NCBI GenBank assembly: GCA_964364615.1
Contig: CAYINH010000001.1
Span: forward strand, 25,965-61,889
Direction of reading: 5' to 3'
Length of the DNA: 35,925 nt
From: an uncultured Gemmatimonadaceae bacterium
Lineage (GTDB): Bacteria > Gemmatimonadota > Gemmatimonadetes > Gemmatimonadales > GWC2-71-9
How positions within the stretch are numbered: the stretch's first letter is position 1; each line of letters begins with the position of its first letter. Shown here in pieces: positions 17,587 to 25,994 of this stretch. Made by a program: the position numbers and the translations under genes. The notes under the pieces were generated by a model that was not told the DNA's origin, made no database searches, and saw nothing but the letters and a program-made list of their open reading frames with translations.

Positions 17587-18074
17587 CCACCGGCGCCGAG
17601 GTGGTCGAACTGCTGCACGAGGTCAAGGACCCCGAGGTGCCGGTCATCAGCATCGTGGAACTGGGGATCGTGCGTGGGGCGGAGGTGGACGGCTCCCGGG
17701 TGGTGGTCGACCTCACCCCGACCTACTCCGGCTGCCCCGCGATGCGGGTGATCGAGGAAGAGGTGCAGGCGGCGCTGACTGGACACGGGTTCACCGAGGT
17801 GGAGGTGCGCACCGTGCTCCGGCCGGCCTGGACCACCGACTGGATCACCGAGGACGGGAAACGGAAGCTCCAGCAGTACGGGATCGCCCCGCCCGGGCCG
17901 GCCCCCGACCTGGAGGCCCCGCTCGCGCTGGGACCGACCGTCCGGGTAGTGGGGTGCCCGTACTGCGGATCGGACCAGACGACCCTCCGGAGCGGTTTCG
18001 GCTCCACCGCCTGCAAGGCGCTGTATTATTGCAATGCCTGTCACCAGCCGTTTGAGCACTTCAAGGCCTTCTAG
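17580..18074 (+). CDS. paaD: Phenylacetate degradation protein PaaD (DUF59-type)
   Basis: GTG 17580 overlaps the paaC stop (GTGGTAG). The N-terminal DUF59-like segment is VKDPEVPVISIVELGIV...TYSGCPA. The C-terminal Cys cluster is CPYCGS...CNAC. Confidence 0.88.
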   Translation: MVATGAEVVELLHEVKDPEVPVISIVELGIVRGAEVDGSRVVVDLTPTYSGCPAMRVIEEEVQAALTGHGFTEVEVRTVLRPAWTTDWITEDGKRKLQQYGIAPPGPAPDLEAPLALGPTVRVVGCPYCGSDQTTLRSGFGSTACKALYYCNACHQPFEHFKAF

Positions 18075-18115
18075 TCTCCCGGTCTGACCGGCCGGTGGAC
18101 GCCTCGGAGCAACCG

Positions 18116-19537
18116 ATGACCCGGCCCCGTCCTGGCTTGGCTACATTCGTCCTGCTGGCCGCCCTGGCCCTGCCGGCCTGCCGGGTGGCAGAACCGGAAG
18201 CGACCCGCCCCAACATCGTCGTCGTCCTGGTGGATGACCTCCGGTGGGATGACATCGCGGTGGCGGGGCATCCATTCGTCGAGACCCCCAACATCGATCA
18301 GATGGCGGCCGAGGGGGTCCGGTTCCTCAACGCCTTTGCGGCGACTCCGCTCTGCTCTCCCAGCCGGGCCAACATCCTGACCGGGCAGTACGCTCATACC
18401 AACGGGATCGTCGACAACACGGCCCGGGATGCCACCAGCCATCGGCTCGCGACCTTTGCCCGACCCCTGGCCGACGCCGGGTATCGGACCGCCTTCCTCG
18501 GCAAGTGGCACATGGGGAACGACGACACTCCGCGGCCGGGGTGGACCCGCTGGGTGGCGATGAAGGGGCAGGGCGAAGCGATGAACCCCGGGCTCAATGT
18601 GGATGGGGAGCGGATCGTGGCGCCAGGGTATGTCACCGACGTGCTGACCGACTACGCCGTCGACTTCATCAAGGCCGACCAGAGCATCCCGTTCATGCTC
18701 TTCCTGGCCCACAAGGCCCTGCATCCGAACGTGATGCAGCGGGATGACGGGAGCACCGACAATCTGACCGATCAGCCGAGCGGGTTCGTGGCCGCGGAGC
18801 GGCATCGGGGGCGCTATGCGACGGCAGAGCTTCCCCGACGGGCCAACTACGGAGTGGCGCCGGTCTGGAAGCCGGCTTTGCAGCGGAAGATCGACACCCT
18901 GCCGCCGCTCGGGCCCGGCACGGTCACCCCGGACAAGGAGATCCGGGACCGTCTCGAGATGGTGCTCGGGGTGGACGAGAGCCTGGGGCGGATCGTGGCG
19001 GCCCTCCGCGAGCTGGGACAGCTGGACAACACGGTGCTCATCGTCACCAGCGATCACGGGTACTTCTACGGTGAACACGGACTCAACGAGGAGCGACGGC
19101 TGGCCTACGAGGAGACCGCCCGGATCCCGCTGATCATCCGCTACCCGAAGGTGGCACCGGCGGGTGAGACGATGGGGCAGCTGGTGCAGACCATCGATCT
19201 GGCGCCCACGGTCCTGGCGCTGGCCGGCATCGTCGACACCGCCCGGCGCGACGGGGTGTCGCTCACCAGTCTCCTGACGGGCCACTCCACGGACTGGCGC
19301 ACCTCACTGCTGATCGAGTACTGGACCGATACCGTCTTCCCGCGGATGCTGACGATGGGGTACCAGGCCGTCCGGACCGAGCACTACAAGTACATCCACT
19401 ACCTGGCGCTGTCCGGGGCAGACGAGCTCTATTACCTGGCCTCCGACCCGTTCGAGCTGAACAACATCATCGACACCGAAGCCGGCCAGGCGGTGCTGCC
19501 GGAGCTGAAGGCCGAGCTGCGGCGGCTCCAGCGATGA
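18116..19537 (+). CDS. Formylglycine-dependent sulfatase with lipoprotein-type signal peptide
   Basis: Track ORF 18095..19537; ATG 18116 gives MTRPRPGLATFVLLAALALPAC. Sulfatase motifs are present: IVVVLVDDLRWDD, CSPSRANILTG (C-x-P-x-R) and GKWHMG. It is on the same strand as paaD, 41 nt downstream. Confidence 0.9.
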   Translation: MTRPRPGLATFVLLAALALPACRVAEPEATRPNIVVVLVDDLRWDDIAVAGHPFVETPNIDQMAAEGVRFLNAFAATPLCSPSRANILTGQYAHTNGIVDNTARDATSHRLATFARPLADAGYRTAFLGKWHMGNDDTPRPGWTRWVAMKGQGEAMNPGLNVDGERIVAPGYVTDVLTDYAVDFIKADQSIPFMLFLAHKALHPNVMQRDDGSTDNLTDQPSGFVAAERHRGRYATAELPRRANYGVAPVWKPALQRKIDTLPPLGPGTVTPDKEIRDRLEMVLGVDESLGRIVAALRELGQLDNTVLIVTSDHGYFYGEHGLNEERRLAYEETARIPLIIRYPKVAPAGETMGQLVQTIDLAPTVLALAGIVDTARRDGVSLTSLLTGHSTDWRTSLLIEYWTDTVFPRMLTMGYQAVRTEHYKYIHYLALSGADELYYLASDPFELNNIIDTEAGQAVLPELKAELRRLQR

Positions 19538-19670
19538 CAAGGAGGCCGGCTGGAGGGTGACGGCTCCCGGGTCACGAATTCGGCGGAAGGCCTCTTCTTC
19601 ATCCGGCTGCCCAACGGCGACCTGAGTCTGGAGCCGCTGGGGACGCTGACCAGGAACCGGCCCGACTGAG

Positions 19671-20528
19671 CTACTTCCGGCCCTTGAGTTCGATTTCGGA
19701 GATGATGAATCCGAATCCGTTCCAGCCGTCGGTCTGGACGGCCCGGGTGAACGCCGCCGTGGCCGCGGCGGTGTCGCCCCGGACCAGGTACCAGTTGCCG
19801 AGTCCGTAGCTCAGGGTTGCGACCTGAACCCCGGCGGTGTCGGCCGGGGTGAACAGCTCGTCGGGACCGATCTCTCCGCGGTAGAGTCGGAGCCGGGCGG
19901 CGTAGGCGTTGTTGACCGGCAGCGAATCCGGCCGCTGGGCCAGCATCGCCCGGGCCTCGGCGCCCCGGCCGGCCCGCGAAAGCGACATCCAGAGCCAGTC
20001 CGTCGACCCGGCCAGTTCACCCGCGTTCGGCGCGATCGGCTGGCCCTTCGCAAACGCCTCCGCGGCGCCAGTGAAGTCGCCTCGGGCAAACAGCACGATT
20101 CCCAGGTGATACCAGATCCCGTAGATACCGGGGTCCAGCCGACCGCCTCGGGTCAGGTCGGCGAGGGCTTTGTCGAACTCCCGGATCGAGAGATACCGGT
20201 GCCCCCGCCATCTCAGCAGCATCGCGTGGTCGGGCGCCAGCGCGAGCCCGCGGCTGAAGGTGGCGATCGCCTCCCGATACTGGGTGGCCCCGGCCTGGGC
20301 CAGGCCAAGCTGGAGGATCAGGTCGACGTTGTTGGGTGCGGCGGCCAGGGCGGCCTCGGCGCGGGCAATGGCCCCGGTGTCCGGTTGCGACCGGAACTCG
20401 ATGCCGGCATTGGAGCGGTACTGCACGGACTGCCCCTGGAGCGGGACGGCAGTGGTCCCGGCGGCGATCATGACCGCCAGGGCCCAGGTCAAGCGGGGAG
20501 CACGTCGCATCGGAGAGTGGGTTGGCAT
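19671..20528 (-). CDS. Secreted TPR-repeat protein
   Basis: Track ORF 19671..20591. ATG 20528 (or 20510) avoids overlap with the upstream stop at 20540. The signal peptide is RLTWALAVMIAAGTTAVPLQGQ. TPR-like repeats include AIATFSRGLALAPDHAMLLRWRGHRY and DKALADLTRGGRLDP. Confidence 0.75.
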   Translation of the reverse strand: MPTHSPMRRAPRLTWALAVMIAAGTTAVPLQGQSVQYRSNAGIEFRSQPDTGAIARAEAALAAAPNNVDLILQLGLAQAGATQYREAIATFSRGLALAPDHAMLLRWRGHRYLSIREFDKALADLTRGGRLDPGIYGIWYHLGIVLFARGDFTGAAEAFAKGQPIAPNAGELAGSTDWLWMSLSRAGRGAEARAMLAQRPDSLPVNNAYAARLRLYRGEIGPDELFTPADTAGVQVATLSYGLGNWYLVRGDTAAATAAFTRAVQTDGWNGFGFIISEIELKGRK

Positions 20529-20539
20529 CGGGGTTCCGG

Positions 20540-21052
20540 TCAGAGATATCGAGCGACGGCCATCGCGATCGTCGTGGCAGCGAGCAACCACGCCACCACC
20601 TTGGCCGCTCCGGCGGCCTTCCCTCTCAGGGCCTGGGCCTCGGCCTGCATGCCCTCTCGTGACTCGGCCGGCGCTCCGGCCGTCGCCTGGGCCAGCTGCA
20701 TCGCCCGCTTCATCGAGGGGCGCACGATGGCCAGCCCCAGGGCCAACGCCAGCAGCGCGGTGACTGACCCCAGACCGATGGCCATCCCGGTACGGGAGCC
20801 CATGTACTCGGGGGAAAAACCAGCGGAGCTCTTCCAGTACAAGTAGAACCCGGAGAGTACGGTCACCAGCGCGGCCGCCGGCATGATGTCGATGAACCGG
20901 CGCCTGGCGAGTCCGGCCGCCACCTTGGCGCCGTCCGGGCCCGCCTCTTGAATTGAGGGGAGCAGGAAGGTGGCCACGAAGATCATGGCGCCGGCCCAGA
21001 AGACGCCGAGGCCGATGTGTAATACCCGGGCGACGAGCATCGGAACATCCAT
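20540..21052 (-). CDS. Hypothetical integral membrane protein (about 4 TM helices)
   Basis: 170-aa ORF with four hydrophobic segments: VLHIGLGVFWAGAMIFVATFLL, IMPAAALVTVLSGFYLYW, GMAIGLGSVTALLALALGLAIV and VVAWLLAATTIAMAVA. It lies 19 nt downstream of the E2 gene on the same strand. Confidence 0.7.
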   Translation of the reverse strand: MDVPMLVARVLHIGLGVFWAGAMIFVATFLLPSIQEAGPDGAKVAAGLARRRFIDIMPAAALVTVLSGFYLYWKSSAGFSPEYMGSRTGMAIGLGSVTALLALALGLAIVRPSMKRAMQLAQATAGAPAESREGMQAEAQALRGKAAGAAKVVAWLLAATTIAMAVARYL

Positions 21053-21071
21053 GAGTATCTCCTTGAAAGGG

Positions 21072-22247
21072 CTAGGGCCAGTTCTCGAGTACCTCGACCC
21101 ACCGGGTCAGGAAAGCGTTGGCGCTGAACCCGTCGAGCACCCGGTGGTCGATCGTCAGCGTCACATAGGCCATCGGGCGGACCACCACCTGTCCATCCCG
21201 CACCACCGCCCGGTCCTCCAGCTTGCCGACGCCGAGGATCGCCGACTGGGGCTGATTGATGATGATCGGGGTGGCGACCATGCTCCCGCTCACCCCGTGG
21301 TTGCTGATGGTGAAGGTCCCGCCCTGAACGTCCGCAGGCGAGAGCGCCCCGGTCCGGGCCCGCTCGGCCAGATCCGCGACGGCGCGCGCGATACCCAGCA
21401 GGTCCAGGTCCTCCGCTTTCCGGAGTACCGGCACGATCAGGCCGCCGGCCTCCAGCGCGGTCCCGATGCCGATGTTCATCTCCTGCCAGATCTCGAGCGC
21501 GTCGGGGTGCCACCGGGCGTTGGTCTCCGGCACCACCTTGATCGCCTCGACCGTGGCCCGGACGAAGTACGCCGTGTAGGTCAGCCGTACCCCTTGCTTC
21601 TCGAATTCCGCCTTGCGCCGCCCCCGATCAGTCTTGACAGCGGTCAGGTCGACTTCGAACACGGTCGTGACATGGGGCGCCGCGCGGACGCTCTCGGCCA
21701 GGTGGTGCGCAATGCTCTTCCGCATCTGGCTGTGCGGCACCCGCCGACTGGGGATGCCAGTCGCTCCCGGCCCCGCGGGGCTCCCGTCCGCCAGGTAAGC
21801 TTCAACATCCTGCGCCGAGATCCGGCCGCCGGTGCCGGTGCCCGTGATCGACGAGGCTGACAGGCCGTGCTGCTTGAGCAGGCGGCGCACCGCCGGTGTC
21901 AGTTCCGGGCTCCGGTCTTCATCAGCCCTGCCGGTGGTAGCCGGAGCGGGTCGCGAGGGGGCGGGGGCCGGCGAGGCTGCTACCGGGGCGGCCCCGGCCG
22001 TCACGCCGGTGGCGATCCGTCCAATCACCTCACCCAGCTCGATCTGCTCCCCCTCCTGCTTCAGGATTTCGTGGAGCACTCCCGAGGCGGGCGCGGCAAT
22101 CTCGACGGTCACCTTGTCGGTGCTGATCTCGACCAGCGGCTCGTTCTCGACTACCGACTCGCCGACCGCCTTGAACCAGACCGCGACCACCGATTCGGTG
22201 CCCTCGGCTTGCTCCGCCGGCAGTCGTACATCGACCAGGTCAGCCAT
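21072..22247 (-). CDS. 2-oxoacid dehydrogenase E2 (dihydrolipoamide acyltransferase)
   Basis: The track ORF 21072..22655 has a spurious N-terminal extension. ATG 22247 has GGGGAG 6 nt upstream. The product has a single lipoyl domain with EISTDKV, an Ala/Pro linker, an E3-binding-like segment PAVRRLLKQHGL, and the catalytic motif DHRVLDG near the C-terminus. Confidence 0.9.
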   Translation of the reverse strand: MADLVDVRLPAEQAEGTESVVAVWFKAVGESVVENEPLVEISTDKVTVEIAAPASGVLHEILKQEGEQIELGEVIGRIATGVTAGAAPVAASPAPAPSRPAPATTGRADEDRSPELTPAVRRLLKQHGLSASSITGTGTGGRISAQDVEAYLADGSPAGPGATGIPSRRVPHSQMRKSIAHHLAESVRAAPHVTTVFEVDLTAVKTDRGRRKAEFEKQGVRLTYTAYFVRATVEAIKVVPETNARWHPDALEIWQEMNIGIGTALEAGGLIVPVLRKAEDLDLLGIARAVADLAERARTGALSPADVQGGTFTISNHGVSGSMVATPIIINQPQSAILGVGKLEDRAVVRDGQVVVRPMAYVTLTIDHRVLDGFSANAFLTRWVEVLENWP

Positions 22248-22309
22248 GTGCATCTCCCCAAGAGACGTCCGCCCCCGTCCGGAGAACCGGCCGGGCGTGT
22301 CGTACCAGG

Positions 22310-24367
22310 CTAGAAGTCCACCAGCTCGCGCAACCGCCCGGCAATCCGGTCCACCGACGGCAGCACGACGTTCATGAGCGGCACATTGTACGGGGTCGGA
22401 ATGTCCTCGATTGCCAACCGGGCCACCGGAGCGTCCAGTTTGAGGAACGCCTCCTCGGCCACCACCGCGGCGACCTCTGCCCCGAACCCGGCTGTCATCA
22501 GATCCTCGTGCACGACCAGCACCCTGCGGGTCCGCCTGACCGACTCGAGCACCGCTTCGCGATCCCATGGCACGATGGTCCGGAGGTCCAGGATGTCGGC
22601 GGCGACGCCGGCCTGCTGGGCGGCCTCCTGGCAGCGCTCCACCATGGCGCCCCATGACACCACGGTGATCTCGTCGCCCGCCGTGATCCGCCGAGCCTGA
22701 CCCATGGGGACCAGATACTCGTCACCCGGGTACGGCCGCCGGGCCCAGACCCCGTCCAGCAGGGCGCGGTGCTCGAAGAAGATGGTGGGGTTCTCACTCC
22801 GGAGCGCGGTCCGCAGCAGGCCAACCGCATCCTCTGCGTTGGATGGAATGCAGACCTGCCAACCAACGGCATGGGCCCACTGCACCTCGCTACAGACGCT
22901 GTGCCAGGGGTCGCCGCACCTGGGGGCGTATCCACCGGGAATCCGGACCACGATCGGCGCCGCAAACCGGTTGTTGGTCCGCCACCGGATGGTGCCGCAG
23001 TTGTTGAGCTGCTCGGTGGCCGGGTCAGCGTACTTCCGGAATTGAATCTCCGGGACCGGGGTGAGCCCGGCGATCGCCATCCCGACCGCCCGACCGATGA
23101 TCCCCTCCTCCGAGAGGCTGGTATCGAACACTCGCGCCACTCCGAAGTGCTCCTGCAGTCCGATCGTCGCCGCGTGCACCCCACCCTTGGCGCCCACATC
23201 CTCCCCGAACACCACCACGTTCGGATTGATCTGGAGTTCGTGCTCCAGGGTGCGCCGGATGGCGGTGAGCATGTTGATCCGGGTGGGCTCCGGCTGCGGC
23301 TCCGGCGACCCCACGGGGTGCAGCCGACCGCTGGTTGCCCGCCCGCCGAAGGCCTGCAGGTCCTCACTGCCGTTGACCCCGACCTCCAGGAACCGGTGCC
23401 GGTGGGCCGAGCCGAGATCGGGCCCCGGACGAGCCAGGGCACCCTCCAGCGCGGCGTTGATGTCCCGGGACACGGTGGCCTCGAGGGCGACCCACTCCGC
23501 CTCGGAGATGACCTTCGGGACCAGGTGGGCCCGGAGCCGAGGGAGCGGGTCGTTGGCCTGCTCCTGCTCGACCAGTCCCGCGGGCTTGTAGGCCTGGGTG
23601 TCCTGACCCGAGTGGCCACTCAGCCGAGGCACCGTCAGTCGCAGCAGGGCGGGGCCCGTCCCGCTCCGGGCATGGCCGACCGCTTCGCGGCAGAGCCGGT
23701 CGGTCTGGGCGGGATCGGTGCCGTCACCGTTCAGGACGAAGAGGTTCCCGAACGAGGCCAGGTTCTTCGAGATGTCGCCACCGGGCGTCTGGTGATCGCT
23801 GGTCACCGAGATCCCGTACCCGTTGTCCTCGACGTAGAACAGCATGGGCAGTTTGAGCGTGGTCGCGATGGTCAGGGCCGACCAGAAGCCGTTGGTCGCC
23901 ACCGCGGCCTCGCCGCCCAGGACCACCGCGATCGCGCCGTCCCACGAAGCATCACCCAGCTGCCGGGTGTGGTACTGGATGCCCTGGGCCCAGCCGGCCG
24001 CCGGGGTGAACTGGGAGCCGACGTCGCCGGACATCGGGAGCATGGTGGGACCGTTGAGGCCCGGAAGGTTGCAGACCACCCCGATGTCGCGGCCATTGCT
24101 GAATCCACCGGAGCGGCCCATCGGCCCCGCGAACCCGTCCTCCAGGGTGAGCCCGAGCGACAGCAGGGTCGGGCGCGACCGGTAGTACGCCCCCACCGCG
24201 TCCCGCGGGTGGGTGATGTACCGCGCCAGGATGCACTGGGCCACGTCATGGCCCCGGGCCGTGAACTGGTACAGCACTTCCTTCTCGGGGACCAGCCGGT
24301 GCTCCTCGATGTCATCCATCATTCGCGAGGCCAACACGGTGTAGGCGACCTGCTTCCAGTCTCTCAT
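22310..24367 (-). CDS. Fused 2-oxoacid dehydrogenase E1 alpha-beta (ThDP-dependent)
   Basis: 685-aa single ORF. The N-terminal half is E1-alpha-like. From about aa 365 it is E1-beta-like (INMLTAIRRTLEHELQINPNVVVFGEDVGAKGGVHAATIGLQEHFG, RVFDTSLSEEGIIGRAVGMA). ATG 24367 overlaps the paaI stop (ATGA). Confidence 0.9.
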   Translation of the reverse strand: MRDWKQVAYTVLASRMMDDIEEHRLVPEKEVLYQFTARGHDVAQCILARYITHPRDAVGAYYRSRPTLLSLGLTLEDGFAGPMGRSGGFSNGRDIGVVCNLPGLNGPTMLPMSGDVGSQFTPAAGWAQGIQYHTRQLGDASWDGAIAVVLGGEAAVATNGFWSALTIATTLKLPMLFYVEDNGYGISVTSDHQTPGGDISKNLASFGNLFVLNGDGTDPAQTDRLCREAVGHARSGTGPALLRLTVPRLSGHSGQDTQAYKPAGLVEQEQANDPLPRLRAHLVPKVISEAEWVALEATVSRDINAALEGALARPGPDLGSAHRHRFLEVGVNGSEDLQAFGGRATSGRLHPVGSPEPQPEPTRINMLTAIRRTLEHELQINPNVVVFGEDVGAKGGVHAATIGLQEHFGVARVFDTSLSEEGIIGRAVGMAIAGLTPVPEIQFRKYADPATEQLNNCGTIRWRTNNRFAAPIVVRIPGGYAPRCGDPWHSVCSEVQWAHAVGWQVCIPSNAEDAVGLLRTALRSENPTIFFEHRALLDGVWARRPYPGDEYLVPMGQARRITAGDEITVVSWGAMVERCQEAAQQAGVAADILDLRTIVPWDREAVLESVRRTRRVLVVHEDLMTAGFGAEVAAVVAEEAFLKLDAPVARLAIEDIPTPYNVPLMNVVLPSVDRIAGRLRELVDF

Positions 24368-24816
24368 CCACCCCCCCCGGATCCCTGGGCGGCCTCATGC
24401 CGCCGTTCGGTGCGATACACCGTTCCCCGAAAATGGGCCACCGCCGTCCCGTCCTGCCTGGAAACTGTCACCCGATAGAAGGCCAGCCTTCGACCAGCAC
24501 TCTCCTCTTCGGCCCGGGCCGTGAGCCGGTCACCTGCATGCACCGGCGCGGGGTAGCTGATGCTGTTGTCCACGCTGACGGTGATCTGCCCATTGGTATT
24601 GGAGGCGAATGCCAGCGCGCTGTCCGCCAGGCAGAAGGTGACTCCCCCATGGCACACCCCGAACCCGTTGAGCATCTCATCCCGGACCGTCATGGTGCAG
24701 GTTGCCTTCCCTGGTGTCACCTCAGTGACCTGGATGCCGAGCCACTGGCTCAGGGTGTCCTTGGCAAACATCCCCTCCACCACGGCCGTGGCCAGGGCCT
24801 GCGGGTCGCGGATCAT
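24364..24816 (-). CDS. paaI: Hydroxyphenylacetyl-CoA thioesterase (hotdog fold)
   Basis: The stretch [31 protein letters not shown] matches the PaaI hotdog core (N-x-x-G-x-x-H-G-G). Its start overlaps the paaH stop (ATGA at 24813-24816). Confidence 0.88.
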   Translation of the reverse strand: MIRDPQALATAVVEGMFAKDTLSQWLGIQVTEVTPGKATCTMTVRDEMLNGFGVCHGGVTFCLADSALAFASNTNGQITVSVDNSISYPAPVHAGDRLTARAEEESAGRRLAFYRVTVSRQDGTAVAHFRGTVYRTERRHEAAQGSGGGG

Positions 24817-25994
24817 GAGTAGAAGACCGTGCCGTCGTGGACCATCTCGCGTAGCAGCACCGAGGGCCGGTACCGGTCCTCGGCGTAGAGCGCGTGCAGG
24901 TCCTCCAGCTGTTCGAGCACCGCGTCCAATCCCAGCTCATCGGCCCAGCGGAGGAGACCCTTGGGATAGTTGACACCTTTGGTCATGGCCAGGTCCAGGT
25001 CATCGCGACTGGCCACCTTCAGGTAGAGGGCATCGACCGCCTCGTTGATCAGCATCGACACGATCCGCAGGAAGATCTGGTCCCCCAGTTCCGGGTCAGT
25101 CTCAGGCTCAGGTGCGGTCGCCCCATCCCGGTAGTCGTAAAACCCGCGCCCGGTCTTCCGGCCCAGCAGGTTCGCGTCCACCATCTGCTTCTGGACCAGC
25201 GAGGGCCGGTACCGGGGATCGTGATAGAACGCTTCCCAGACCGACCGGCTCACCGAGTAGTTCACATCCAACCCGATCAGGTCCATCAGCTCGAACGGTC
25301 CCATCCGGAAGCCGTGCTCCCGCATCGCCCAGTCGATGGTGGCCGCGTCAGCGATCCCCTCCTCCAGCAACCGGAGCGCCTCACCATAAAAAGGGCGGGC
25401 TACCCGGTTGACGATGAACCCGGGGGTGTCCTTGGCCTGCACCGTGGTCTTGCCCCAGTTATCGACCAGCTCCCGGACATTCTTGACCACCTGCTGGTCG
25501 CTGGAATAGCCGGCCACGATCTCCACCAGGGGAAGCAGGGGCGCCGGGTTGAAGAAGTGGACCCCCAGGAGGCGCTCAGGGTGCCTGACGGCGGCGGCGA
25601 TGGCGGTGACCGAGAGGGAACTGGTGTTGGTCGCGAGGATCGCCTGCGGTGCGGTGGTCTCAAGTGCCGCGAAGGCCACCCGCTTGAGCTCCAGGTCTTC
25701 GACGATGGCTTCGATGATCAGGTCACAGCCCGCAAATGGCGCGAAGGCCGGCGGGTGCACCGTGGCGAAGGTGATCCGGGCCAGGAGCGCGTCCGCCTCA
25801 GCCCGGGTCTTCCGCTCCCTCTGAACTTCCCGGTCCATCACCGCCCGAAGGGTGACTTCCGATCGTTCGACGACCGCGGCGATGGTATCGGCCACCACGA
25901 CCTGGTGTCCTGCCTGAGCCGCGACCTGAGCGATCCCGGTCCCCATCGACCCGGCGCCCAGGACTCCGATTATGCTGCCGGCGCCGAGCGGCAC
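24813..25994 (-). CDS. paaH: 3-hydroxyacyl-CoA (3-hydroxyadipyl-CoA) dehydrogenase
   Basis: GTG start at 25994 directly abuts the paaG stop. Rossmann motif [14 protein letters not shown] is present. 3HCDH N- and C-domains are recognisable ([24 protein letters not shown]). Confidence 0.88.
   Translation of the reverse strand: MPLGAGSIIGVLGAGSMGTGIAQVAAQAGHQVVVADTIAAVVERSEVTLRAVMDREVQRERKTRAEADALLARITFATVHPPAFAPFAGCDLIIEAIVEDLELKRVAFAALETTAPQAILATNTSSLSVTAIAAAVRHPERLLGVHFFNPAPLLPLVEIVAGYSSDQQVVKNVRELVDNWGKTTVQAKDTPGFIVNRVARPFYGEALRLLEEGIADAATIDWAMREHGFRMGPFELMDLIGLDVNYSVSRSVWEAFYHDPRYRPSLVQKQMVDANLLGRKTGRGFYDYRDGATAPEPETDPELGDQIFLRIVSMLINEAVDALYLKVASRDDLDLAMTKGVNYPKGLLRWADELGLDAVLEQLEDLHALYAEDRYRPSVLLREMVHDGTVFYS

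Noticed and set aside
18071-19285. 404-aa minus-strand ORF opposite the sulfatase gene
   Set aside because: It is a shadow ORF typical of high-GC DNA. Its composition is Arg/Pro/Gly/His-rich with no recognisable motif. The plus strand carries a clear sulfatase with CSPSR and correct GC3 phasing.
21072-22655. 527-aa version of the E2 ORF
   Set aside because: The first ~135 codons overlap the 3' end of the E1 gene in another frame and are Gly/Arg-rich. The lipoyl domain starts at MADLVDV (ATG 22247), which has an upstream GGGGAG.
22769-24478. 569-aa plus-strand ORF opposite the fused E1 gene
   Set aside because: It is antisense to a confidently identified E1 alpha-beta gene. The translation is low-complexity (R/P/G/D/H-rich) and the GC3 phase belongs to the minus-strand frame.
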